Notes: a model not told the origin generated them from the sequence alone. Counted from the first letter of the stretch, positions 9,927 to 20,369 are shown. The stretch is DNA of 64,000 bases from Candidatus Kerfeldbacteria bacterium (GCA_016214565.1 JACROE010000002.1:920007-984006), one strand, 5' to 3'. Made by a program: numbers and translations.

Positions 9927-10145
9927 CTAGAAATCTTGCGATTTGTCTTTCTTGCCTTTAATTTTTTTGAAAAGAATGATGCCGCCGAGTAGCGATATGG
10001 CGGCAGCCACGCCAGCTATGAGTTTTTCTTTTGAATGCGAATCCATGGAATCGTATTTGCTTTTTGCCTTCTGGGCATGTTCAATCAGCTTGTCGAGATG
10101 AGCATGAGCCTTTTTTGTGTCGCTTGGCTTGTAAGATTTAAACAT
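9927..10145 (-). CDS. Small tail-anchored membrane protein
   Basis: Helical N-terminus, one C-terminal TM segment and a basic tail. Confidence 0.65.
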   Translation of the reverse strand: MFKSYKPSDTKKAHAHLDKLIEHAQKAKSKYDSMDSHSKEKLIAGVAAAISLLGGIILFKKIKGKKDKSQDF

Positions 10146-10277
10146 AACGATATATTTGGTTAATGGTATCTGTACGATAGCATGTTTGCGTGTGTCAGGA
10201 TAGTCCCGAGTATGTGCGTTGTATCAAAATGAGGTATACTATTAACTGTTAGTCTTTATTACTAATTAATTATCCCT

Positions 10278-10772
10278 ATGTACAAAGTTTTTTGCGTTTT
10301 GGGAATTATGCTACTTGCCCTAGTGGCTACTGGATGTACTAGCCCAAGCGAAAAAGTGGCGGAGACCATTATTGAATCGCAAACTAACGGGGACGTTGAT
10401 GTTGACGTTGATAATGAGACGGTCAGTATCAATACTGATGGCGGTTCATTTCAATCAGGAGAGGACGTAACATTGCCCGATGGATTTCCTTCAGATGTAC
10501 ATGTGGCCGAAGGAACCTTGGTATCGGCAATTCATGTGACTGATCCTGATGGGTACTCAGTATCTTTGAATTCATCTGATTCCGTTACTGATTTGAAATC
10601 AGAATACCAGTCAGCTATTGTTGATGACGGTTGGACGATCCTCGGAACTTATGAGGTAAGTGGATCAGTTTCTTTTACTGCGGAAAAGGACAATCGGACA
10701 CTATCAGTGACTATCGGGGCCACGGATGATCAATCTTCAGTCGTGATCAGCACTTCAACAGATTCCGAATAA
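10278..10772 (+). CDS. Acidic lipoprotein
   Basis: Lipobox-like ATG|C; LPDGFPSDV motif. Confidence 0.75.
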   Translation: MYKVFCVLGIMLLALVATGCTSPSEKVAETIIESQTNGDVDVDVDNETVSINTDGGSFQSGEDVTLPDGFPSDVHVAEGTLVSAIHVTDPDGYSVSLNSSDSVTDLKSEYQSAIVDDGWTILGTYEVSGSVSFTAEKDNRTLSVTIGATDDQSSVVISTSTDSE

Positions 10773-10874
10773 CGTTTTTCAGTTATGTTTCAAAAGCTGC
10801 GACGGAAAATCTCCTTCGCAGTTTTTGAGCGTGTCAGTCTTCCATTTTCCTTTTAAAAAAGCTATACTAAGTTC

Positions 10875-11936
10875 ATGTCTATGGTAAATATTCGCAAACA
10901 ACCGTTTTTTTACGCCTTGATCGTTATCGTAGCTGTTCTCGCGTTTATTGTCGTACGACCCCTGTTGACGCCGGTGGTATTAGCATTTTTAACCGCACTA
11001 TTTTTTAAGCCTGTCTACGAATATTTCCACCACTCATTCGGTCAGCGCACGAAATTAGCTTCATTTGTTACTGTGATGGTGGTTATTGTTGCGGTGGTTA
11101 TTCCGCTGTCATTAGTAATTGCCGCTGTCGTAAATCAAATAATCCTTTTTAACAATGATTTATCCGGCTCAGGCAATTTGGACATTCGCGCATTAGTTGA
11201 CGTCGGGAATAATGCACTTGATAAAATTGGCGTCGATTATCGGTTGACTGTCCAAAATGTGCAAGCTGAATTGAAAAATGTAGCCGGCGCCATTGGGCAG
11301 TTTTTTGTAAAACAATTGCCAAAAATAGGCTCAGGCGCAGCTAATTTCATGGCCGCGGGCTTTATTTATGTTGTTGTTCTATTCTCTTTATTTCCAGCTC
11401 AGCGGAAGTTTTTTCAGTTTATCGAGCGTTTAAGTCCTATGGATGACCGGATTGATCAGGTGTACTTGTCGCGAATCGTGGAAATGTCCCGCTCAATGGT
11501 GAAAGGAACGTTTTTGATCGCCTTTGTCCAGGCGTTGGTTTCATCGGTGTTTCTCGTGGTGGCAGGCGTAGATTACATATTGTTTTGGATGATTATTATG
11601 ATGTTTATTGGTATTATTCCGATGCTTGGTGCCACGGTTGTTGTGTTGCCCATTGCGGTAGTACTGCTTTTGACAGGCGATATTTGGCAAGGCCTCTTCC
11701 TCATTGGCACTAATATTTTAGTCGTAAGCAATCTGGATAATTATCTGCGGCCTAAATTGGTTTCTAAAAAACTTTCTCTTCACCCGGCGCTGGTGCTCAT
11801 AGGCGTTTTGGGTGGACTGCAAGTGTTTGGCATACTGGGATTTATTTATGGTCCGGTTATCATGATACTGCTGGTAACGACGATAGAGCTGTATCTCAAA
11901 TACTTTAAGAACGGCAATTCTCCCGCAACTACGTAA
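10875..11936 (+). CDS. AI-2E family transporter
   Basis: DNYLRPKLV...LHPALVLIGVLGG...GFIYGP motif. Confidence 0.92.
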   Translation: MSMVNIRKQPFFYALIVIVAVLAFIVVRPLLTPVVLAFLTALFFKPVYEYFHHSFGQRTKLASFVTVMVVIVAVVIPLSLVIAAVVNQIILFNNDLSGSGNLDIRALVDVGNNALDKIGVDYRLTVQNVQAELKNVAGAIGQFFVKQLPKIGSGAANFMAAGFIYVVVLFSLFPAQRKFFQFIERLSPMDDRIDQVYLSRIVEMSRSMVKGTFLIAFVQALVSSVFLVVAGVDYILFWMIIMMFIGIIPMLGATVVVLPIAVVLLLTGDIWQGLFLIGTNILVVSNLDNYLRPKLVSKKLSLHPALVLIGVLGGLQVFGILGFIYGPVIMILLVTTIELYLKYFKNGNSPATT

Positions 11937-11949
11937 GTAATTTCAAGAA

Positions 11950-13152
11950 TTGATGCATCATCAGCACGAACATCTTAGTTTACGCCTGCATCGCGCATTG
12001 CATTCGTCAATGGGTCTTTTTGAGTGGTCAGTTGGACTTCACACGTTTGCTCGTGCGTTGATATCAGTATTTATTCCAGTGTTATTGCTCGGTATAGGAT
12101 ATGGTATCGATCAGGTGCTATTGTTTCTTTTATTATTAACGGTCATGGATGTTCCACTTAATTTTTTTGCTCGATGGCTAGTTAGGAAAGTTGGGGCGCG
12201 ATTAGTTATTATTGCCGGTTCGGTTGCTATGGTCGGGTATTTTTTGTCATTATCCGCTCTTCAGCCAAATGATTGGGTGGCGCTAGCATTCGTTTCATTT
12301 TTTGCCGCCTTGTACGATGCATTGTATTGGGTATCGCATTTATTTTTCTTTATGGAATGCAGTGTTCATAAGGAGAACATATCTCGTGATACAAGTTGGT
12401 TATATATTGTTCAGCAGTTAGCTGAAATGCTTGCACCAGCGTTAGGAGCTGTTGTTTTACTAATTTTTCCTGATGATATCTTGATGTATATTAGTGTAAC
12501 TGTGGTATTAATTTCTATAATTCCTCTATTTAAAATTAAAAACGCTCCTGATCGACCGCGTGTTCCGCAGCAGCCTTGGACTGCATATTGGGGGTCATGG
12601 CAGAACGCACGAGATTATTTTAGAATTGCACTCTATGGAGTGCATATGTCGGTTGAGTTCATTATATATCCACTTTTTTTGTATTTCTTAATTGGTAATG
12701 TCGAATCAGTTGCGGCCGTAGCTGTTATTGCGGCTTTAGCCATGATGGTTTTTACCTTTTTTACCGGACGGATCAAACGTGAACATCGTCAGCAAACTAT
12801 TATTACTGGCGCATTGATTGCCGCAGTGTTTTGGTTATTGAGAATTTTTATAGTCAATTACGCATTTGTTTATTTTAGTGTTTTTGTAGTTGGTTTATGC
12901 GCTGTAATGATGAGCATACCGTTGGCCAGTTCACTTTTTGAAAAAGGTGAAAAAATGGACACCCTTTCTGCGTCGACCTGGCGTAATGCAGCTTCAATGG
13001 GAGGGCAAGCTTTACTATATGGCGTCTTATTATTAGCGAATAATATTTTTCACATTTCCTTTATTGTTGTTGTCGGTTGCTTAGTTGCGTTGCTTATTAT
13101 ATCGAGACTGGCAGTGACTATAAAAGTTACTCAGGCTAGTCAACCACTATGA
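11950..13152 (+). CDS. MFS-type transporter
   Basis: About 12 TM segments; motif-A-like ARWLVRKVGAR. Confidence 0.75.
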   Translation: MMHHQHEHLSLRLHRALHSSMGLFEWSVGLHTFARALISVFIPVLLLGIGYGIDQVLLFLLLLTVMDVPLNFFARWLVRKVGARLVIIAGSVAMVGYFLSLSALQPNDWVALAFVSFFAALYDALYWVSHLFFFMECSVHKENISRDTSWLYIVQQLAEMLAPALGAVVLLIFPDDILMYISVTVVLISIIPLFKIKNAPDRPRVPQQPWTAYWGSWQNARDYFRIALYGVHMSVEFIIYPLFLYFLIGNVESVAAVAVIAALAMMVFTFFTGRIKREHRQQTIITGALIAAVFWLLRIFIVNYAFVYFSVFVVGLCAVMMSIPLASSLFEKGEKMDTLSASTWRNAASMGGQALLYGVLLLANNIFHISFIVVVGCLVALLIISRLAVTIKVTQASQPL

Positions 13153-14108
13153 GTCACATTCCGGTCACCGTTTTTACGGGTTATCTCGGCAGCGGCAAGA
13201 CTACCATCATTATGAACCTGATTCGGCAAATGCCTAAAAGGTACTCGATGGTGCTTCTGAAAAATGAGTTTGGCGACGTCGCGGTTGATTCTCAGCTTGC
13301 TCAAGAATCAAATATCGCGGTCACCGAGATGTTAAATGGTTGTTTGTGCTGTGTTTTAGTTGGAAAAATGGGCAATGCGATTGATGAGCTATTGACCACG
13401 TACAATCCTGACCGAATTATTATCGAGACATCCGGTTCAGCGTATCCGGCACCTATTGCATTGGAAATTCGTAAAATGGAGGATCGATTACATTTAGATT
13501 CTATTGTGACCGTTATTGATGCGATAAATTTCGAAGGATACGCTGACAAAAGCTACACAGCTAAAATTCAAGCTCAATATACTGATTTAATATTGATTAA
13601 TAAACACGAATCAGTTGATGAGCGGACACTTGATCAGACACTTGATGACGTGTACGAGCTAAATCCGAATACCCCAAAAGTTAAAACTGACCATGGAGTG
13701 GTCAGTCCGGATCTAATATTTGGACTGGATACGAAATTGTTTGCCTCGCAATTGGAGATTGACGCGGCAGAACAGGGGAGGAATACACATCATCATGACC
13801 AGGAAGTGGAAATTGCCACGGTGGTTACTGATATCCTATTGGAGCGACGAAACGTTGATGCAATGCTTACCAAACTTCCGAAAACAGAATTTTATCGCAT
13901 TAAAGGCATGGTTCGGTTTGCCGACGGCCCGTATTTATTGAATTACGTATTTGGCCGTTTTGATTACACGCCGTTATCACACTATACGGAGAAGACTCAA
14001 ATAACCTTCATGGGTGAAGGCCTAGGTGCGTACGATGATGATATTATTCAGGGATTAGGAATTCCGCGCCAGGATTTAACCATCCACGCGGGTAATGATG
14101 CTAAATGA
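13149..14108 (+). CDS. CobW/COG0523 metallochaperone GTPase
   Basis: GYLGSGKTT, NEFG, NGCLCC and ETSG motifs; His-rich linker; RIKG. Confidence 0.93.
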   Translation: MSHIPVTVFTGYLGSGKTTIIMNLIRQMPKRYSMVLLKNEFGDVAVDSQLAQESNIAVTEMLNGCLCCVLVGKMGNAIDELLTTYNPDRIIIETSGSAYPAPIALEIRKMEDRLHLDSIVTVIDAINFEGYADKSYTAKIQAQYTDLILINKHESVDERTLDQTLDDVYELNPNTPKVKTDHGVVSPDLIFGLDTKLFASQLEIDAAEQGRNTHHHDQEVEIATVVTDILLERRNVDAMLTKLPKTEFYRIKGMVRFADGPYLLNYVFGRFDYTPLSHYTEKTQITFMGEGLGAYDDDIIQGLGIPRQDLTIHAGNDAK

Positions 14109-15971
14109 TCCATTTTGCACCATTTCGCCGTAACGCTGCATGAAAAAACTATTGAGGTACAGGCCGGGATTATTTGGGGGATCGAGGCGCAGAGTAAACG
14201 TACCAATCTGTCCAGGAGCGACAGTGGTTTCCTGAAGTCGGGCAGTGGTATAGTTTGACAGCCAGGAACGATCGCGGAATCTGCTGACCGCTCCGCCTAA
14301 GTCCATCGCCTCAAGTGTCACGTGTCGGTCCCAGGTAGCGAGGCCAGTATTTTTGAATTTGATTGTAACCGCTGGCCGCCACAGATAGAGAAGCGCCGGT
14401 GGCATGGTATTGGAAATTAAGGCAGCCTGTAATCGCGAATCGACTCGGGTGATTGAGCGATCGTCCTCTTGGTTTATGTCTGCTGGTCCAGTCAGCCGGT
14501 AAATATTAAGGTAGGTTCCCATCCGGTCGGGACTCTGCAGTGTACTGGTAAATGTGGCTGTTCCCCCAGGTGCGACACTTGATTCAGAAAAATCAAATCC
14601 GCCCCACTGGCTCGGCCAGCTTGAGTGCCGGAAGCGACTTACGTTATCGCCAAGGTCGTAGATATTAAGTTTTACCTGACCGCGTGTCCACGTTTCGGTT
14701 CCGGTATTGCGAACAGTAGTGGTAATTGTTTGGGTAGCCCGGGTAAAAGTAGCCGGCCGAATGTCCTGGGTGACTACCTCGCCTGAGAATGCCAGTTGGG
14801 TCGAGCCGGGTATGCCTCCTTGAGCCAAAAAAACGCTACGCGCCCCACTTCGGATATTAGAAAAAGCACTGTATAAATTTTTTCCTGGGCAACTCGTGCA
14901 ATCAACATCGCTATGCCCGATTATATTCGGGTAAGACGCATCAATAAATTCACTCGTGCCGGTAGGATCAATGCCAAACAACGCTGCTTTGGTACCGATA
15001 AGATTTTGCAAAGCAGTCTGCACCTTTTGATTAAGCGCTAATCCTGCTTCGTAATCACCGAGAATAGCGATGCCAATGGTGCCGCGATTGAAACTCGCTT
15101 CATTGCTACTGCCGCCGAATCGGGAGGCGGCACAGGCAGCCGAACGATAGGCGTGGGCGCCGATAACGCCATCCCCGCCGTAGCGACCCTCGTAAATATT
15201 TCCATTTTGGTCAATTAGATAGTTATAGCCAATATCACCCCAATTGAGCACTACCGCATGCCAGTAGTAGATTGATCGTATTGTAGCAGCTGGGTCGCTG
15301 GTGCCTGGATCGCCGGCAGTGTGATGAACGATAAATTTTTCAGGGGTAACTACTTCAGGCACCCATTCTTCTTTTCCCTGTGCATCATAGCGCCAAGTTT
15401 CATTTGCTTCCCAGCCTGAGCGGGGGATGATGGTTATGGCGCTAGCAGCTGAAGCGCGTTTAAAAAGCCAATCAAAAATACTGAGCGAACCAAAAGCAGG
15501 AGGGTCGGATGATTGAACATAAATAAATTTGACATCATCAATCGCTCCGTCGGCAGTGAGGCGATATTCAATCTGCGTTGCATTATTAGCCATGAAGGGT
15601 TCACGCAGGTACTGGTAACCATTTTGCTCCACGTAGCTATCGGATTCTGCGTGGTACCAGACGCTCCACCCATCAGCAACATAGAGTCGAAATTCAAATG
15701 CAACATCAGTGCTATCACCGCGCCAGGCAAACCCGCCCACCTGGAATGGATAATCTGCCGTGATAATTTCTGATCGGAACGTCCCATTGGTGACCGGAAT
15801 TGTTGAATCAATTTCTTCATTACTGCGCACTTCCGGAATAGTCGTGGCTATTGCCTGAATACCAAAAAAGACAACGATAGCCGCCAGGAGGGAACCAAAG
15901 AGGAACGATCGAGTTGTTACGTAACCGTTCTGCATAGCCCTTGTTAGTGGTTTTTGTTTTTCATGTTTCAT
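14076..15971 (-). CDS. N-acetylmuramoyl-L-alanine amidase (PGRP/Amidase_2) with two C-terminal Ig-like domains
   Basis: VHHTAG, WGDIGYNYLID, GHSDVDCTSCPG; two NTGxxTW...VAPGxxxTF repeats. Confidence 0.9.
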   Translation of the reverse strand: MKHEKQKPLTRAMQNGYVTTRSFLFGSLLAAIVVFFGIQAIATTIPEVRSNEEIDSTIPVTNGTFRSEIITADYPFQVGGFAWRGDSTDVAFEFRLYVADGWSVWYHAESDSYVEQNGYQYLREPFMANNATQIEYRLTADGAIDDVKFIYVQSSDPPAFGSLSIFDWLFKRASAASAITIIPRSGWEANETWRYDAQGKEEWVPEVVTPEKFIVHHTAGDPGTSDPAATIRSIYYWHAVVLNWGDIGYNYLIDQNGNIYEGRYGGDGVIGAHAYRSAACAASRFGGSSNEASFNRGTIGIAILGDYEAGLALNQKVQTALQNLIGTKAALFGIDPTGTSEFIDASYPNIIGHSDVDCTSCPGKNLYSAFSNIRSGARSVFLAQGGIPGSTQLAFSGEVVTQDIRPATFTRATQTITTTVRNTGTETWTRGQVKLNIYDLGDNVSRFRHSSWPSQWGGFDFSESSVAPGGTATFTSTLQSPDRMGTYLNIYRLTGPADINQEDDRSITRVDSRLQAALISNTMPPALLYLWRPAVTIKFKNTGLATWDRHVTLEAMDLGGAVSRFRDRSWLSNYTTARLQETTVAPGQIGTFTLRLDPPNNPGLYLNSFFMQRYGEMVQNGSFSIITRVDG

Positions 15972-16088
15972 ATACTATTATAGCGCAAAATGACGATTTT
16001 GTCCAGAGCAGCATAGTTTGCTACAATGCATGTTGTAAAACGCACGCGAATTTAAATGACCTACCGCAGATACATTATTTAACACCGT

Positions 16089-16802
16089 ATGAGTAACGTG
16101 ACACGTGCTGCGCTTCTACGAGAGTTACGTTTAGCCGCCAGCCCCCGTCAGGCAAAAATCGCCCGGTGGTTTTTTAAGACGGGGAAAGGAGAGTATGGAG
16201 CGGGTGATCGTTTTACTGGCATTAGGGTGCCCGTTGTGCGTAAGCTTGCTAAGCAATATCGAGAGTTGGCATTAGTAGACGCAGTGCGATTGCTTGCCAG
16301 CACGATCCACGAGCATCGTATGGTCGCGCTGTATATTATGATTCAGCAGTTTGACCGAGGCGATCGCGCTATTCAAACAAAAATATATCGACTCTATGTG
16401 AAGCATCGTCGGCAGATTAATAATTGGGACTTGGTTGATACCACGGCACCAAATATTGTTGGCACATTTTTATTAAACCGGCCACGAACAGAGCTGTATC
16501 GTTTGGCTCGGTCAAAGATGCTATGGGATCGCCGGATTGCAATATTAGCCACCTATACCTATATTCGACAGGGTGATTTTACGGACACCCTGAAAATTGC
16601 TACACTATTAGTCCGTGATTCGCATGACCTAATGCACAAGGCCGTTGGGTGGATGCTGCGTGAAGTGGGCAATCGCGATCAGGCCGCTGAAGAACAATTC
16701 TTAAAAAAATACTATCGGAGCATGCCGCGAACGATGCTTCGGTACGCAATTGAAAAATTTCCCGAACGAATTCGTAAACGTTATTTAGCAGGTACGATAT
16801 GA
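16089..16802 (+). CDS. AlkD-family DNA alkylation repair protein
   Basis: INNWDLVD, WDRRIA and HKAVGWMLREVG motifs. Confidence 0.92.
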   Translation: MSNVTRAALLRELRLAASPRQAKIARWFFKTGKGEYGAGDRFTGIRVPVVRKLAKQYRELALVDAVRLLASTIHEHRMVALYIMIQQFDRGDRAIQTKIYRLYVKHRRQINNWDLVDTTAPNIVGTFLLNRPRTELYRLARSKMLWDRRIAILATYTYIRQGDFTDTLKIATLLVRDSHDLMHKAVGWMLREVGNRDQAAEEQFLKKYYRSMPRTMLRYAIEKFPERIRKRYLAGTI

Positions 16803-18163
16803 CCAACTTACATTATGATGTTATTGTTATCGGTTCAGGTGCCGGAGTGAAAATTTCTACCCATGCCGCTAAACTGGGCAAAAAAGTTGCCTTGATTGAA
16901 GATGGTCCGTTGGGCGGCACTTGTTTAAACAGGGGCTGTATTCCGTCCAAATTGTATATACATACAGCGGAGTTAGCGCGGGCTATTCGTGATGCGAAAC
17001 GGTTTAATTTGAACGCATCGCTTGAGTCCATTGATTTTACTGACATTGTGAAACGCGTGACAGGGTATGTGGATGAACATTCTCAAAAAATGACTGAAGG
17101 GACACTCCGTAACCCTAATATTACCCTGTATCAAACGGCGGGTAGGTTTGTGGATGAAAAAACCATTGAGGTTGATGGCAAGCGGATAACCGCCGATCAA
17201 ATATTAATAGCGGCAGGCGCGCGACCGTTTATTCCTGCAATCGAGGGGTTAGCCGGCACGCCGTTTTTGACCAGCACTGAGGCGCTGCGCTTGGACAAGC
17301 TTCCTACTTCACTGGTTATTATTGGTGGAGGCTATATTGGCACCGAACTAGCACATTTATTTAGCAGTTTGGGAACTCAAGTCACGGTGCTCCAGGCAAC
17401 TGATCGATTGCTTGATAAAGAAGACTCTGAGATAGCTCAGGCATTCACTGCTGTTTTTTCTCGAACCGCAAACACATTGCTTATGCATCGGGCTACTCGC
17501 GTGGCGCATAGTACAGCAGGTTTTACGATTACTGTCGAAGGTCCGCGTGGTATCAGTGAAATTACAGCTGAGCAGTTGTTAATTGCGACGGGCGTGACGC
17601 CAAATAGCGACCGGGTGGACGCAAGTGCAGCGGGAATGATAATGGATGATCGAGGTTTTATCACCGTCAATCAATATTTGGAAACGAACATCGCCGGCGT
17701 GTTTGCGTTAGGAGATATTGTCGGGCATCATATGTTCCGCCATGCGGCAAATTGGCAAGCGCGGTTTGCCATCCAAAATATGTTTACGGATCAGAAAGTC
17801 CCCATTGATTATACGGCCATGCCCCATGCTATTTTTTCCTATCCTCAGGTGGCTGGTGTCGGCGCTACTGAAGATGAATTGAAAGCCGTTGGAACGCCTT
17901 ATCGCGTTGGGCGAGCTCTGTATGCCAGTACGGCCATGGGCGCTGCTTTCCAGGAGCAGGATGGCTTTGTCAAAGCGCTGGTCAGCGCTGACGGCCAGAC
18001 GATATTGGGCTGCCAAATTATGGGCCCCGAGGCCTCAACGCTTATCCATGAAGTCGTTGTGGCTATGCGTCTCGGAGCATACGTTTCTGCTATTACTAAT
18101 ACAGTGCATATTCATCCAGCCATGAATGAGGTGGTGCAACGGGCATTTATGAAGCTCAGCTAA
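16799..18163 (+). CDS. Pyridine nucleotide-disulfide oxidoreductase (dihydrolipoamide dehydrogenase/mycothione reductase-like)
   Basis: GGTCLNRGCIPSK redox disulfide; GGGYIG; HIHPAMNE. Confidence 0.88.
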   Translation: MTNLHYDVIVIGSGAGVKISTHAAKLGKKVALIEDGPLGGTCLNRGCIPSKLYIHTAELARAIRDAKRFNLNASLESIDFTDIVKRVTGYVDEHSQKMTEGTLRNPNITLYQTAGRFVDEKTIEVDGKRITADQILIAAGARPFIPAIEGLAGTPFLTSTEALRLDKLPTSLVIIGGGYIGTELAHLFSSLGTQVTVLQATDRLLDKEDSEIAQAFTAVFSRTANTLLMHRATRVAHSTAGFTITVEGPRGISEITAEQLLIATGVTPNSDRVDASAAGMIMDDRGFITVNQYLETNIAGVFALGDIVGHHMFRHAANWQARFAIQNMFTDQKVPIDYTAMPHAIFSYPQVAGVGATEDELKAVGTPYRVGRALYASTAMGAAFQEQDGFVKALVSADGQTILGCQIMGPEASTLIHEVVVAMRLGAYVSAITNTVHIHPAMNEVVQRAFMKLS

Positions 18164-18180
18164 TTGCTGGGTGGGCCTAT

Positions 18181-18209
18181 TGTAACGGTCATAATTGAAT
18201 AACGATATA
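18181..18209 (+). promoter_or_regulatory. Putative ECF sigma autoregulatory promoter
   Basis: TGTAAC-16bp-CGATAT directly upstream of the sigma ATG at 18217. Confidence 0.7.
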
Positions 18210-18216
18210 GGTATTC

Positions 18217-18783
18217 ATGGAGATATCGGAACATGAAATACAAAAAATAGTACGCGCTGCCCAATCGGGTGACCGTGACAGCATGGGGCAGTTATTTGAT
18301 TTGTTTAATGATCGAATTTACCGATTTGTGGCATATCGCGTGAGTACTCGTGAAACCGCCGAGGATCTTACCCAGACAATATTTGTTGCAACGATTGAGT
18401 CGCTCCATCGATATATGAATGACGGACGGACTAAATTTTCCACCTGGTTGTTCCAGATAGCACGGCATAAGTTGATTGATCATTATCGCCAACAGCGGGT
18501 TCAAATCCCCTTGGATCACGTATCAGAAATTAATCATGCTACTTTAATTGTTGAGTCACCGGAACTTGCATTTGATTCTCGCAGTACAGCGGTATGGCGC
18601 ATGTTCAAACAATTACCTTTACAATTTCAAGAAGTGCTCCAGTTGCATTACGTCGAAGGAATTGGATTATCTGATATTGCGCAGATCATCGGAACAAGCG
18701 CGGTTAATGCTCGGGTGATTAAGTATCGCGCGCTGCGTCAACTACGCAGACTACTCAATGAATCGTCAGCCACCTCATTATGA
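18217..18783 (+). CDS. ECF RNA polymerase sigma factor
   Basis: TAEDLTQTIF, FSTWLFQIARHKLIDHYR and a region 4 helix-turn-helix. Confidence 0.93.
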   Translation: MEISEHEIQKIVRAAQSGDRDSMGQLFDLFNDRIYRFVAYRVSTRETAEDLTQTIFVATIESLHRYMNDGRTKFSTWLFQIARHKLIDHYRQQRVQIPLDHVSEINHATLIVESPELAFDSRSTAVWRMFKQLPLQFQEVLQLHYVEGIGLSDIAQIIGTSAVNARVIKYRALRQLRRLLNESSATSL

Positions 18784-19868
18784 AATCATACCAGAATAAT
18801 GAAATAACGCAGGCATTGAAGCGGGGCAGTCAGCTGCACCTGGATAATCAAGCTCGTCAACGAATGCGCTTGAGTATATTTGCTATATTTGATACTGTAA
18901 CGTCAGTTAGCAAGCAACGATATACTAATAACGAGTCAATTAAGGCTCACTTATCAACATTAATGGTACGACCTATGATACCAATTATCATTGCCCTCGT
19001 CCTCATGGCCGGAACGACCGGTACCGCCATTGCAGCGGATAATGCAAAGCCAGGTGACGCCTTGTTTGGCGTAGATCAGGCACTTGAAGAGGCTCGTCTT
19101 TCATTCGCTTTTGGCGATGATGCGAAGAGCCAAGTTTGGGTTGACATCGCGGAAGAGCGCGAGTCAGAAATGCAAGTGTTAATTGAGGAAGGCGAAACTG
19201 AGTTAGCTGAAGAGGCCGCTGATCATGCTGCCCGCGCCTTGGATAATGCATTAATCGTAATTAACCGAGTTCGAGCTGAGCATGAAGATGAAGGGAAGTC
19301 CAGCGAAGCGCTTGATGACGTTTCTGAAAAATTAGAAGAGGTACAGAATCGATTCATTGAACGTCAACGTGAACAAACTGGAAAAGCCCTGGAGGAAACA
19401 TTCGGTGAGGTAGAACTTGAAGCTGAAATTGATAGTTCGATAGCAAAAGTGAAGATAAAAATCAACAATACTGAACAAGAATACACGTTGAATGAGACTG
19501 ATCTCGCTTCAATCATCGAATCAATTCGTAGTCGTACCGGACTGAGCACTGAGGATATTGCTATTATGCTGAAGCTTGACCGAGGATCATCGGCATCTGA
19601 TGACGATGATGACGCTGATGAAGATCAATCGAATGGAAATACCAATGATGATTTGAATGATGAGGAAGGGGATGATGCTGATGAGGATGGAAATGGTCAA
19701 GAGAATCGCAACAGAAATGCAAATCAGAATCGTAATGGGGCCGGCAACAGTAACGACAGCAATGAGAATGTAAATGAGGACAATTCAAATGATGATGAGA
19801 ATGCAAACAGCAATACTAACGAGGACGAAGCCGAAGATGAAACAGAAGACGTGGAAGACGGCAACTAA
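18780..19868 (+). CDS. Putative anti-sigma factor, DUF5667-like, with an acidic Asn-rich tail
   Basis: ATGA-coupled to sigma; single TM followed by AKPGDALFGVDQALEE; low-complexity D/E/N C-terminus. Confidence 0.75.
   Translation: MKSYQNNEITQALKRGSQLHLDNQARQRMRLSIFAIFDTVTSVSKQRYTNNESIKAHLSTLMVRPMIPIIIALVLMAGTTGTAIAADNAKPGDALFGVDQALEEARLSFAFGDDAKSQVWVDIAEERESEMQVLIEEGETELAEEAADHAARALDNALIVINRVRAEHEDEGKSSEALDDVSEKLEEVQNRFIERQREQTGKALEETFGEVELEAEIDSSIAKVKIKINNTEQEYTLNETDLASIIESIRSRTGLSTEDIAIMLKLDRGSSASDDDDDADEDQSNGNTNDDLNDEEGDDADEDGNGQENRNRNANQNRNGAGNSNDSNENVNEDNSNDDENANSNTNEDEAEDETEDVEDGN
18896..18924 (+). promoter_or_regulatory. Intragenic copy of the ECF promoter
   Basis: TGTAAC-16bp-CGATAT with the same elements and spacing as 18181-18208. 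Confidence 0.65.
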
Positions 19869-19888
19869 AGAATTGTGAATCAAATTTT

Positions 19889-19918
19889 AAACCACCCGCT
19901 ATAGCAGCGGGTGGTTTT
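19889..19918 (+). terminator. Intrinsic terminator
   Basis: AAACCACCCGCT/AGCGGGTGGTTT perfect stem followed by a T-tract. Confidence 0.85.
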
Positions 19919-19970
19919 GTTTAACGTTTGATTTATTTTATCAATTGATGGACAATAGGGGTGACACCAT

Positions 19971-20354
19971 ATGCGCGAAGGAAATCCATCCAGAGATCCC
20001 GATTATATAGAGAAATCCGTCGAAGCGGATGTTAAAAAAATCGTCGAAAACGTCGATCGTCGTATTGAACAATCCAATGCATCAGCCGAACGATATGTGG
20101 CAGCGGTTAGTGTTTTAGAACGCGTGTCAGCACATGATTCGGCTTTGACAACGCAATTGGAGGGGTCACTTCGAGCCGAAGCAGCTGGTGCAGTGTATGA
20201 GGAGCCACGGGCAGTTATTGATGCCGCTCAGTATATTATCGATCATTTTGGAAATCCATATTCTCAAAAAAAATTAGCAGACATTCATACCGTCGCGGCA
20301 CGTGCATTTGAAGAACTTGTTCAGCAACAGTATGACTACTTTGAGGGCAGGTAA
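19971..20354 (+). CDS. Hypothetical protein
   Basis: 127-aa ORF filling the intergenic space; no recognised motif. Confidence 0.6.
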   Translation: MREGNPSRDPDYIEKSVEADVKKIVENVDRRIEQSNASAERYVAAVSVLERVSAHDSALTTQLEGSLRAEAAGAVYEEPRAVIDAAQYIIDHFGNPYSQKKLADIHTVAARAFEELVQQQYDYFEGR

Positions 20355-20369
20355 TAACCTTGAACAGCT

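Noticed and set aside
19590-19865. GAT/AAT-rich tandem repeat
   Set aside because: Explained by the low-complexity Asp/Asn/Glu protein tail
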